NCBI GenBank assembly: GCA_963712305.1
Contig: CAVQHI010000002.1
Coordinates: 1,322,440 to 1,386,439 of the forward strand
DNA from: an uncultured bacterium
Lineage (GTDB): Bacteria; Bacteroidota; Rhodothermia; Balneolales; DATFMH01
DNA: 64,000 nucleotides
Direction: 5' to 3'
Of the stretch, positions 1-9,460 are shown in pieces. The translations under genes were made by a program, and so were the position numbers. The number at the start of each line of letters is the position of its first letter. Within the stretch, counting starts at the first letter, position 1. The notes beneath the pieces are model-generated. The model was given only the letters and a program-made list of their open reading frames with translations. It did not search any database and was not told the DNA's origin.

Positions 1-3
1 GAC

Positions 4-678
4 ATGCAACGATACCCGGGAGGTTACCATAACCTGGTGCTGGCGTGTGTCGCTATCGTTCAACTCCTGCTGATCTTCGCTTTCAATTATTGGCCCGTAT
101 CGAATTCTCAAAAACCATTTCATTTTACAGATCAGAATGACCAGCCTGTTACGCTGAACCTTGTAGAAGTTACCCATCAGGGTGGTGCATCGGCGCCACC
201 TGTTCCGGCTGTACCTGTTGAAGTACCCAATGATAAAATTATCCCTGATCCTATAAAGCAACTTCAGACTGAAAATCTTGTGAGGGGTGACACAATAGGA
301 TTTGGGAATATGCCGGGAAGCGGCAGCGATTCCGGAGCAGGACAGGGTGAAGGTATAGCTACTAATCCGGGCCGGCCGCCGCAAATTGTGAAGATAGTAG
401 AACCCGCCATTCCTGCCCGTGCCCGGGAAGCTAAAGTTCGGGCTGAGTTGCTGGTCAACTTTCTCGTTGATAAGGATGGGAAGCCACAGGATGTATCGAT
501 TGCACAGATCAGGGTATACGATTCAGAACAAAAAAAGTGGAAGGTTGTTCAGACCATAGGATACGGCATTATTGATGCAACTTTGGAAGCTGCGGCCCAG
601 TGGCGTTTTCGTCCGGCTCAGGATAAAGGGAAGAAAGTGAGAGCTTATACACAACATATTTTTACTTTTGGTGTATGA
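4..678 (+). CDS. TonB-family protein (C-terminal TonB domain)
   Basis: 224-aa ORF. N-terminal hydrophobic anchor (LVLACVAIVQLLLIFAF), Pro-rich spacer (SAPPVPAVPVEVP) and a TonB-C-like tail (ARVRAELLVNFLVDKDGKP...AAQWRFRPA). Confidence 0.7.
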   Translation: MQRYPGGYHNLVLACVAIVQLLLIFAFNYWPVSNSQKPFHFTDQNDQPVTLNLVEVTHQGGASAPPVPAVPVEVPNDKIIPDPIKQLQTENLVRGDTIGFGNMPGSGSDSGAGQGEGIATNPGRPPQIVKIVEPAIPARAREAKVRAELLVNFLVDKDGKPQDVSIAQIRVYDSEQKKWKVVQTIGYGIIDATLEAAAQWRFRPAQDKGKKVRAYTQHIFTFGV

Positions 679-679
679 T

Positions 680-747
680 TAGAGTGCCTAGAGTGCCTAG
701 AGTGCCTAGAGTGCCTAGAGTGCTTAGAGTGCTTAGAGTTTAGAGTT
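680..747. repeat. Short tandem repeat: tagagtgcc x4, tagagtgct x2, tagagtt x2
   Basis: Read directly. Starts 2 nt after the TGA stop at 676-678. Confidence 0.95.
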
Positions 748-1211
748 AATAATCTGGACAAGCAGAAATCCCTGTGAGGTGCGAACGTATTGTAGCCCGG
801 AGCGCTGCACCGGGTAGCAACGATCGGTTCTGTTTTCTCCAAACGCCCTTCAATCGGTCGCTTGTTTTTGCTTGGTTGCACTTTCTGGCATTTGTGCATT
901 CGATACTTGTCGACACATCCATACTGCCCGGAGCAGCGATCCGGGCTACGTATGGCAGCGATACCATTGCAAGTGATCAACATTTTTGTTTTTCACTACA
1001 CAAGAAAAAAACCAGAAAATGACGGGAGGGTGGATGAGCCGTTTATCGTCGTTCATACAGCTTTTTCTCATTTTCTTATCTCGAACACACGTTAACTTTA
1101 AGTATTCCGAAGTACTCTAAGTACTTTAGGTCCGTCAGGTACCGGAAGAAGTTGAGCGGGGTTAGTATTTCTGTTATATTTGCCTGCCTTGCGAAAGCAG
1201 GAAGTTCGACT

Positions 1212-1304
<93 letters not shown>

Positions 1305-1556
1305 GTTCACCTTCGTCCCGAGAGCCCGGACGAAGGTGGATATCTGTTACATGCAGATGTTGATACAAATTGGCTAGTGTCAATAACCATAAAACAAGTA
1401 TAGTCCATTGGGGCAGTTAAAGCTGTTAGTCGTTATCGTTTTAACCACAGATTGACACAGATAAACGTAGATTTAATCTGTTTGGATCCGCGTAAATCCG
1501 CAGCTATACATTACAGATTAACTGGTATTAGCGCTAGAAGTAAAACAGGGTGGGCT

Positions 1557-1582
1557 AAGGCGGATAAAGATCCGCCTTTTTT
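1557..1582 (+). terminator. Intrinsic terminator with no upstream ORF
   Basis: Stem aaggcggat/atccgcctt (9 bp), loop aaag, followed by a T6 run. Confidence 0.6.
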
Positions 1583-1869
1583 GTATCTATCATCAAAGAT
1601 AAGGGGAGCCTTTTCATTGGACAGGCCGGATGACTGATAAACCGGTTTACCATAAGAGATATCTTCAACGGAATGAAAAGGATAACCAACTCATTGGCAT
1701 TCAATAAATTATCTCGGGAATGATTATTGAAATCTCCACTCGGAGGGCACGATTTTATAATAACTTATCCTGATTTATACCTTCATCTTGCTAAGATTCA
1801 ATCTTTTTTGAACGATAATGGAATGACCGGGGCTGTCCACTTATTTTCTTTATTTAAAAACAGACAACT

Positions 1870-3288
1870 ATGAGTGGATACGATGCTGTCATTGTCGGTG
1901 CGGGACCCAATGGCCTGGCGGCTGCTATCACTTTAGCCCGTAAAGGTCGTAAAGTGGTGATTTTTGAAGCCGATGAAAGGGCAGGTGGTGGACTGCGATC
2001 CTGTGAATCGACCATTCCCGGGTTCGTTCATGATATCTGTTCGGCGGTACATCCACTGGCATACGCATCACCCTTTTTCAAGACGCTTCCCCTGAATAAG
2101 TACGGCCTGGAATGGATCCAGCCGGAAATACCGATGTCTCATCCACTCAACAACGGAAATGCAGTTTCTCTATACCGATCACTTAAAGAGACCAGCGCCG
2201 AGGTTGGACCGGATCAGGAAGCATACGAAAAAATGATACGACCGCTTGTTAACCAGTGGCAGCCGATGCTTAATAATGTACTTGGACCATTGCGCATCCC
2301 TTCGAATCCACTCCTGATGGCACGGTTTGGATGGTACGGGATCAGGTCGGCAGCGAGTTTAGTTAAGAAATATTTTCAAGATGAACCAGCCAGAGCATTG
2401 ATCAGCGGCCTGGCTGCCCACTCTATGCTGGATCTGAATTTCAATGGATCAGCCGCTTTTGGATTGATTCTTGGACTTCTCGGGCACACGGTTGGCTGGC
2501 CATTCCCCAAAGGCGGATCTGAAAAACTGGCCGAAGCCCTTATTGCCTATCTAAATGCGATGAAGGTTGAGATAGTCACCGATACACCGATTAAATCATT
2601 GAATCAGTTGCCCCCGGGGAGAGCCGTTATTTTTGATGTCACTCCAAGGCAGCTTTTAATGTTATCGGATACCAATCTACCCGATTCGTACAGGGAAAAG
2701 CTTAGAAGCTACCGGTATGGCATGGGAGTATGCAAAGTCGACTGGGCATTGAGCGAGCCGGTCCCTTTCAAAAATGAGAGTTGCAGGCGTGCCGGGACGG
2801 TGCATATTGGTGGTTTCCACGATGATATCATTCAATCTGAAAAGTTGGTCTGGAATGGCGTTAATCCTGATCGTCCATTCGTGATTCTTGCACAGCACAC
2901 GGTTGCAGATCCTTCTCGGGCCCCGGAAGGAAAACATACCGGCTGGGCATATTGTCACGTTCCGGCAGGATCCGATAATGACAGGAAAGAAGCGATAGAA
3001 AACCAGATTGAACGGTTTGCACCGGGCTTCAAAGAAACAATACTTGCAAGCAAGGTGACAACTGCCAAGAGTTATTCAGAGTATAACCCGAATTATATTG
3101 GTGGTGATATCAACGGAGGGGTGCAGGATATCAAACAGTTATTCATGCGGCCGGTAGCTAAGTGGGATCCTTACCAAACCGGTAATCCGGGATTGTATCT
3201 TTGCTCATCAAGTACCCCTCCGGGGGGCGGAGTGCATGGCATGTGCGGGTATCACGCCGCACAATCGTTTCTTAGCAAGTTTAAGTGA
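1870..3288 (+). CDS. Phytoene-desaturase-family NAD(P)/FAD-dependent oxidoreductase
   Basis: 472 aa. N-terminal dinucleotide-binding motif DAVIVGAGPNGLAAAITLARKG...FEADERAGGG. Length and C-terminus are typical of CrtI-like oxidoreductases. Confidence 0.75.
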   Translation: MSGYDAVIVGAGPNGLAAAITLARKGRKVVIFEADERAGGGLRSCESTIPGFVHDICSAVHPLAYASPFFKTLPLNKYGLEWIQPEIPMSHPLNNGNAVSLYRSLKETSAEVGPDQEAYEKMIRPLVNQWQPMLNNVLGPLRIPSNPLLMARFGWYGIRSAASLVKKYFQDEPARALISGLAAHSMLDLNFNGSAAFGLILGLLGHTVGWPFPKGGSEKLAEALIAYLNAMKVEIVTDTPIKSLNQLPPGRAVIFDVTPRQLLMLSDTNLPDSYREKLRSYRYGMGVCKVDWALSEPVPFKNESCRRAGTVHIGGFHDDIIQSEKLVWNGVNPDRPFVILAQHTVADPSRAPEGKHTGWAYCHVPAGSDNDRKEAIENQIERFAPGFKETILASKVTTAKSYSEYNPNYIGGDINGGVQDIKQLFMRPVAKWDPYQTGNPGLYLCSSSTPPGGGVHGMCGYHAAQSFLSKFK

Positions 3289-3479
3289 GAGTAAATTAGA
3301 GTTTAGACTTTAGATATGAGATATGAGATATGAGACTTTTAGATTCTGGTTGTGAAAAGTTTAACTCTTTTTGAATGGCTCATCTGATTTTAAACGCTTA
3401 TAACCCACCCCAAACCCCACCCGGGAGGGGAGTTTTCCTATGATCTAAGGTCTGATATCTAATATCTCATATCTCATTC

Positions 3480-4163
3480 TCAGAACGCCGAGTTTTTGAG
3501 TTCTTCGAGACGGCCGTCGTGGAGCTTGACCGTTCGATGGGGGAACTGGCGCACCATGTCGTAGTTGTGAGTAATCATCAGAACAGCAGTACCACGGTTG
3601 TTGATTTTTTCGAACAGCTCCATGATCGCTTTTGATGCTTCCGGGTCAAGGTTGCCTGTCGGCTCATCTGCCAACATAATCCGCGGTTCGTTTACGAGAG
3701 CACGGGCGATAACTACCCGCTGTTGTTCTCCTCCGGAAAGATCATTCGGCATATCTTTACGTTTATGGTTCAGACCAACCATGTTCAAAACCTCAAGTAC
3801 TCGTTGCTTGATCATCCATCGGGACGCACCGGTAACATGCATAGCAAAAGCGATATTCTCATAAACATTCCTGTCAGGGAGCAGTTGGAAATCCTGAAAC
3901 ACAATGCCGAGATTTCTTCTGAGCCTGGGGACCTTCCTGTTGCTTAAATGAGTGACATCGTAATCAGCAACATATACATCACCCCGGTCGGGGATGACAT
4001 CGCGGTAGATAAGTTTTAGAAAAGAACTTTTGCCCGCACCCGTTTGACCTATCAGGTAAGCAAACTCACCATTACGCAGTGTAAAGTACACGTTCTTAAG
4101 AACTTCATGGAGTTCAAACGTAACACTTACATCTCGTAATTCAATAACTACATCTCTGTTCAT
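3480..4163 (-). CDS. ftsE: Cell-division ABC ATPase FtsE
   Basis: 227 aa. Walker [10 protein letters not shown], signature LSGGEQQR, Walker [12 protein letters not shown]. FtsE-like size and N-terminus. 4-nt overlap with the upstream gene. Confidence 0.8.
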   Translation of the reverse strand: MNRDVVIELRDVSVTFELHEVLKNVYFTLRNGEFAYLIGQTGAGKSSFLKLIYRDVIPDRGDVYVADYDVTHLSNRKVPRLRRNLGIVFQDFQLLPDRNVYENIAFAMHVTGASRWMIKQRVLEVLNMVGLNHKRKDMPNDLSGGEQQRVVIARALVNEPRIMLADEPTGNLDPEASKAIMELFEKINNRGTAVLMITHNYDMVRQFPHRTVKLHDGRLEELKNSAF

Positions 4164-4927
4164 CGCAAAATCATCGTAATACGGTCGCTGTTCTCAGTCG
4201 CATCAATAAAATCAAATCCCTCATAACTTGCCAGAATCTTACAGCCCGATTTGGCAATCAGTGATATCATCTGGTGAAGGGTAAATACACGCTGGCAATG
4301 AGACTCCCGAATTTCTTTCCTGATCGGAGAAGAGGGCGGGGGTGTGATCACAAAATCATTATAATGCCGTCCTTTGTCGCGATCGAAATGGCTTTTTCGT
4401 TCGTAATGCCATCCGCTTTTGGTTGTGTATTCTTCGTTGAGCAACGGTTCCGCCTCGATCGAATTTATAGGTGTTGTGAAGTCAAAAATAAATATCCCTT
4501 TAGGAGCCAGTAGCTTTCGGACATCAGTAAAAAAAGTCACGACCTCATTATCGTCCATCAAGTAATTGATACTGTCGAACAGCATCACTATGACATCATA
4601 GGGTTCCTCAATATCCATATTTCGCACATCCATGGCCTTCCACTTAACATGATGGTACGGATCTTTAGACTTTGCAATGCCAATCATTCCTTCTGAAAGA
4701 TCGGTGGCCGTGATGTCATAAACATTGTACTCAGCCATTGATAACGCAAAAGAACCGGTACCGCATGCAAGCTCGAGTATAGTTTCGGCGTAAGGATGAT
4801 ATGACTGGATCAGGTCGTCGATGTAATCAGCCCAGAAATCGTAATCGATATCCCGCATCAGTTCATCATAGACAGGCGCCAATCCTTCATAGATGTCTGT
4901 TTCAGTGTAATGCGACTCTTTATTCAT
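4160..4927 (-). CDS. Class I SAM-dependent methyltransferase
   Basis: 255 aa. Motif I ILELACGTGSF followed by the acidic DITATDLS. 4-nt overlaps on both sides. Confidence 0.7.
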   Translation of the reverse strand: MNKESHYTETDIYEGLAPVYDELMRDIDYDFWADYIDDLIQSYHPYAETILELACGTGSFALSMAEYNVYDITATDLSEGMIGIAKSKDPYHHVKWKAMDVRNMDIEEPYDVIVMLFDSINYLMDDNEVVTFFTDVRKLLAPKGIFIFDFTTPINSIEAEPLLNEEYTTKSGWHYERKSHFDRDKGRHYNDFVITPPPSSPIRKEIRESHCQRVFTLHQMISLIAKSGCKILASYEGFDFIDATENSDRITMILR

Positions 4928-5934
4928 GCAAGTTTGTGTTTACGGTTCCCAACAATCGTAATGGCCAGTTCCACCGCTTCCCGGAACGATTGTGGTTCGG
5001 CCTGATTCTTTCCCGCTATGGCAAAAGCAGTTCCATGATCGGGAGATGTACGAACGATAGGTAATCCCAGGGTAATATTCACACCGGCATGGAAAGCGAT
5101 AGTTTTGAAGGGGATAAGTCCCTGATCGTGGTACATCGCCAAAACGGCGTCGAAATTCTTGTACTGCCGGCTTCCAAAAAAACCGTCGGCCGGGAAAGGC
5201 CCGTCAACGTGGAAGCCATCCTTCTTTAGGTTATTGATGGACGGTGTGATGATGTCTAGTTCTTCGCGGCCAATGACGCCGCCATCGCCGGCATGTGGAT
5301 TTAATCCGAGGATGGCGATCTCAGGATGCTCAAGACCAAAATCAATGATGAGACCACGATGAATGATTGATATCCTGTCGCGAATCGCTTCTTCCGAAAT
5401 CTGTTCTTTTACATCTTGGATTGGTATGTGTATGGTAACCAGACCGACGCGTAATCCTTCGTGGACAAGAAGCATCACAAACTCGTCCGTTTCGCATAAT
5501 TCAGCAAGATATTCGGTATGCCCCGGGTGATGAAATCCCGCCTTATTCACAGCTTCTTTGGATATGGGAGCAGTGATAATGGCATCGGTCTGATTGTTCA
5601 GACAGGCCAGTGTTGCTTCTTTGATAGCGGTGACGGCGATTTCTCCGGCACGTTTATCAATTAAACCGGGCTTGATATCAATGTGATTACCATCAGTAAT
5701 ATCAATGATATTGACAGCATTGGGTTCAGCCTCTTGCGGATCAGTGATCATGCGGAGGTTAACATTCATACTTTCCTGATCTGCATAAAACCTAAACACA
5801 TTCTCAGAACCGAATATCACCGGAACCGTGGTATCCCCAAATTTACTGTTGTTAAATGTCTTCAGGATGATTTCCGGGCCAATTCCATTATAATCACCCA
5901 TACTTATGGCAAGCCGTGCCGGTCGTTCCGTCAT
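4924..5934 (-). CDS. pdxA: 4-hydroxythreonine-4-phosphate dehydrogenase PdxA
   Basis: 336 aa. PdxA signatures GDYNGIGPEI, HPGHTEYL, NPHAGDGG, MYHDQGLIPFK and RTSPDHGTAF. Confidence 0.9.
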   Translation of the reverse strand: MTERPARLAISMGDYNGIGPEIILKTFNNSKFGDTTVPVIFGSENVFRFYADQESMNVNLRMITDPQEAEPNAVNIIDITDGNHIDIKPGLIDKRAGEIAVTAIKEATLACLNNQTDAIITAPISKEAVNKAGFHHPGHTEYLAELCETDEFVMLLVHEGLRVGLVTIHIPIQDVKEQISEEAIRDRISIIHRGLIIDFGLEHPEIAILGLNPHAGDGGVIGREELDIITPSINNLKKDGFHVDGPFPADGFFGSRQYKNFDAVLAMYHDQGLIPFKTIAFHAGVNITLGLPIVRTSPDHGTAFAIAGKNQAEPQSFREAVELAITIVGNRKHKLA

Positions 5935-7484
5935 TCCTGCTTGATAAGTTTGTAGTCCCCAAAACCTGTTGTAGCCTGGAAGACGAATTTTCGATCTCCG
6001 TAATTCCAGATAACTATTGATGGTCCATCGGGTGGAAATTCCCGCTGCACCGACTTAGGCGGACCGAATTTGATATAAATTTTACCCTGATCGGATTCGT
6101 AGCCCGGTGTCTGCATAGAACTGTAATGCGTGTATGCGTAATCAATCCGGCGATAATATTCCGCCATTAGCTGATTATAAGCCGTGTTAGGCGTTGGATC
6201 CCGTTTTTTCCAGAAAGCCTTGAACTTTGCTTCTTTCTCCTGGTCATTGCCTGAAAACTGCTTCTTGATCTCGCTTTTGGGCATCATGAATCTCAGCATA
6301 TCTATCGCAATGTTGAGATTGTACAGGCTCGTAGGCATATCCACCCAGCGTGACTGATAAATCACATGACCGATTGTTCTGTTATCCGTGGAATCTTTCA
6401 CGGCGATACGGAACATGGCATTCTCAAATGTACTGTTGGGAATAAGCAGGCTGGCATAGGTATAAGGCGTGTTTGATCTTTTCAAATTCATGAAAATCTG
6501 TGTGGTATCAGTCGAGGGTGTAATACTGACATCACTATGAATTTGATCGGCTGGTATAATTTTCTGAAAAACTGAACCTGAAACCGTTGTATCACCCGGA
6601 TTATCACCCAGCCTGGTAATATGCACCGAATATTGATGCCGGGCATTGTAGTCCGGGATCATACATAACAGTGAAAAATCTTTCCCGAAAAATGCGTTAT
6701 TGCCCATGTTGATAAGAGGAAAGTGCCCGGGCACGGAGATGTCATTGGTCGTTTCAAGGAACATCAGGTCCGCCGTGGAGTCTTTTTGGAGATCAGGTAT
6801 CCTGACATGCCGCCAGAAGATCCGGGAATCCTGATTATTGTTGTCAGGCTGGCTAAGCTGTAATTGATAGAGATACATACCTGGCTGCAGCGGAACCGTG
6901 ACAAATCCCTGCAAATAAGTTTTGTCAGATTGGGTTTCCTGGTACGTCTCAGCCGTTACGCTTCCCTTCCAGTTGCCGCGCGCCACTACAGTCGAATTGT
7001 TCGCTATCTTGCGACTCAGCTTATTCATGTCTTCACGACTGGTTGGGCGACGATAACGATCGCGGTCCCTGTCGCGTGGCTGCCGGTTCCCCATCATCGG
7101 CCTCATTTCTTTCCGCCACTTTTGAAAGGCATCCATGGCATCCGGATTTACATGGTACACTTCAACATTCGCCTGAACATTCGACACGAAATGTTGATTC
7201 TCCTGCACTCCGGGTGTGGAAAGCGGATTCTGTTTCAGAAAAGTCATATCATCATACTCGATCTTGAATCCTATTACCAGATCGGTTTTTGCAGAATCAT
7301 TATGCGGCAGAAAAATATTGTCAATATACATTCGGGGTTCATGCCGATTCATGACCAAGCCCTGAAAGGAGATACGTTGGCCAAACGATATTGGCGCTAC
7401 GACAAGCGTAATCAGAATGGGGAGAAGAAGTCTACGGCGCATATTTGAGCAGATTGTAAAACACCGAAGGTGCAGGTTTATCAC
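5931..7484 (-). CDS. GWxTD domain-containing protein
   Basis: 517 aa with a signal peptide. C-terminal GWxTD-type region (GYESDQGKIYIKFGPP...IVIWNYGDRKFVFQ). Confidence 0.65.
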   Translation of the reverse strand: MINLHLRCFTICSNMRRRLLLPILITLVVAPISFGQRISFQGLVMNRHEPRMYIDNIFLPHNDSAKTDLVIGFKIEYDDMTFLKQNPLSTPGVQENQHFVSNVQANVEVYHVNPDAMDAFQKWRKEMRPMMGNRQPRDRDRDRYRRPTSREDMNKLSRKIANNSTVVARGNWKGSVTAETYQETQSDKTYLQGFVTVPLQPGMYLYQLQLSQPDNNNQDSRIFWRHVRIPDLQKDSTADLMFLETTNDISVPGHFPLINMGNNAFFGKDFSLLCMIPDYNARHQYSVHITRLGDNPGDTTVSGSVFQKIIPADQIHSDVSITPSTDTTQIFMNLKRSNTPYTYASLLIPNSTFENAMFRIAVKDSTDNRTIGHVIYQSRWVDMPTSLYNLNIAIDMLRFMMPKSEIKKQFSGNDQEKEAKFKAFWKKRDPTPNTAYNQLMAEYYRRIDYAYTHYSSMQTPGYESDQGKIYIKFGPPKSVQREFPPDGPSIVIWNYGDRKFVFQATTGFGDYKLIKQE

Positions 7485-7736
7485 TTAATTAGACTTTTTT
7501 TTAAGATACAGGTTTTAGCCGGCCATAAAAATCACAGCCATAATCAATCGTAAAATTTGATAACGCTCGAATGTCGCTCTTCGTGCCATCGATCGTATAT
7601 ATTCATTTTCATTTTGACCATAGGTGCCATTTAGTATCTTTACAGGCGTCAACAGCGAATCACATCCAATCGTATGAAAGCTGATAATAAAAAAAAGAAC
7701 GGACAGACGGGCAACAGGACCGGTCATCTGACATTC

Positions 7737-9320
7737 ATGAGTGAAATTCTTGAACAGGAATATAAGATTCAAAAGGGAGGTGGAGAAAAACGTATAGCCA
7801 GTCAGCATAAAAAGGGAAAACTCACCGCCCGGGAACGTGTTAAGCAATTAATTGATGAGGATACTTCGTTCCATGAACTTGGCATTTGGGCAGGTTATGG
7901 GATGTACGAAGATGTAGGCGGTTGTCCGGCTGCTGGAGTGGTGATGGGCATCGGTCACATTTCAGGGACACAGTGCATGATAGTTGCCAATGATGCTACG
8001 GTCAAAGCAGGCGCCTGGTTTCCGATATCCTGCAAGAAGAATCTGCGCGCTCAGGAGATAGCCCTCGAAAACCATCTCCCGATCATCTATCTCGTCGATT
8101 CCGCCGGTGTGTATCTGCCTATGCAGGATGAGATCTTCCCCGACAGAGAACATTTCGGCCGCATTTTCCGAAACAATGCCGTTTTAAGTGCGAAAGGCAT
8201 CCCTCAGATTGCCGCCATCATGGGAAGCTGCGTGGCCGGCGGAGCCTATCTGCCAATCATGAGTGATGAAGCGTTAATTGTGGATGGAACGGGAAGCGTT
8301 TTCCTTGCGGGAAGCTACCTGGTGAAATCGGCCATAGGAGAGGATGTTGATAATGAAACGCTTGGCGGGGCAACAGCACAGACTGAAATCAGCGGCGTTA
8401 CGGACTATAAGATGCCTGATGATGTAACATGCCTGAAAACCATCCGTGATCTGGTTGACAAAATGGGACCTACCGATCGGGCGGGGTTCAACCGTTCAGA
8501 TTCCAAAGACCCGTCGCGCCCGGCAGAAGACGTGCTTGATATTATGCCAGCCGACAGAAACCGGCCGTATGATATGATGGACGTACTGGAATGCATTATC
8601 GACGAAGGAAGCTTCACAGAGTTTAAGAAAGGATTCGGGCAGACACTGATCACCGGTTATGCGAGGATTGATGGCTGGAGTGTCGGTATCGTTGCCAACC
8701 AGCGGCTGGTCAAACGGTCAAAGAAAGGCGAGATGCAGATCGGAGGTGTCATCTATTCCGACAGTGCCGATAAGGCTGCGCGGTTCATACTCAACTGCAA
8801 CCAGAAGAGGATCCCATTGTTATTTCTCCAGGATGTCACCGGTTTTATGGTGGGCAAGCGTGCCGAACACGGTGGTATCATTAAAGACGGAGCCAAGATG
8901 GTGAATGCCGTTGCCAACAGCACGGTGCCCAAAATCACGATAGTCGTTGGCAACAGTTACGGTGCGGGTAATTATGCGATGTGCGGCCGGGCCTATGATC
9001 CGAGATTCATGTTTGCATGGCCGACAGCGCAGATTGCCGTGATGGGTGGTCAGCAGGCGGCTAATACGCTGTTACAAATACGCGTGAGTTCTGAAGAAAA
9101 AAAAGGCCGTAAGGTTTCCAGGGAAGAACGAGAAAAATTCCTCAAAGAGATACAGGATAATTACGATCGACAAACTGATGTCCGTTACGCCGCCTCACGT
9201 CTCTGGGTCGATGCCATCATAGACCCAAGAGAAACCCGCGAGAAAATATCAATGGCTATCTCCGTAGCCAATCATAATCCGGTTATTGAACCATTTCGCA
9301 CCGGGGTGATACAGACGTGA
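7737..9320 (+). CDS. Acyl-CoA carboxylase carboxyltransferase (beta) subunit, methylcrotonyl-/propionyl-CoA carboxylase type
   Basis: The ORF is open from 7674. The likely start is MSEILEQ at 7737. Conserved GGGEKRIASQHKKGKLTARERV N-terminus and the twin carboxyltransferase halves. Confidence 0.85.
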   Translation: MSEILEQEYKIQKGGGEKRIASQHKKGKLTARERVKQLIDEDTSFHELGIWAGYGMYEDVGGCPAAGVVMGIGHISGTQCMIVANDATVKAGAWFPISCKKNLRAQEIALENHLPIIYLVDSAGVYLPMQDEIFPDREHFGRIFRNNAVLSAKGIPQIAAIMGSCVAGGAYLPIMSDEALIVDGTGSVFLAGSYLVKSAIGEDVDNETLGGATAQTEISGVTDYKMPDDVTCLKTIRDLVDKMGPTDRAGFNRSDSKDPSRPAEDVLDIMPADRNRPYDMMDVLECIIDEGSFTEFKKGFGQTLITGYARIDGWSVGIVANQRLVKRSKKGEMQIGGVIYSDSADKAARFILNCNQKRIPLLFLQDVTGFMVGKRAEHGGIIKDGAKMVNAVANSTVPKITIVVGNSYGAGNYAMCGRAYDPRFMFAWPTAQIAVMGGQQAANTLLQIRVSSEEKKGRKVSREEREKFLKEIQDNYDRQTDVRYAASRLWVDAIIDPRETREKISMAISVANHNPVIEPFRTGVIQT

Positions 9321-9460
9321 AACCTCCCTTGAGGGAGGAGCAAGTGGGTGTTGTCCGATCGTTTCATAATTCAGTAATCGAAGCCATTGATTGTGCTGTG
9401 ATAACACCCCTATGGTCCCCTCAAGGGGACTGAATACAACCTGCACCATCAGATATCCTT

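Noticed and set aside
6864-7448. Long antisense or alternative-frame ORFs inside well-supported genes, such as 6864-7448(+), 10837-11409(+), 11413-11763(+), 34631-35098(-), 36651-37175(-), 41960-42454(-), 42491-43060(-) and 57188-57640(-)
   Set aside because: They are shadow ORFs opposite or overlapping genes with strong family signatures (GWxTD protein, lysS, MFS, NSS, serpin, glpK). They have low-complexity or compositionally odd translations and no motifs.
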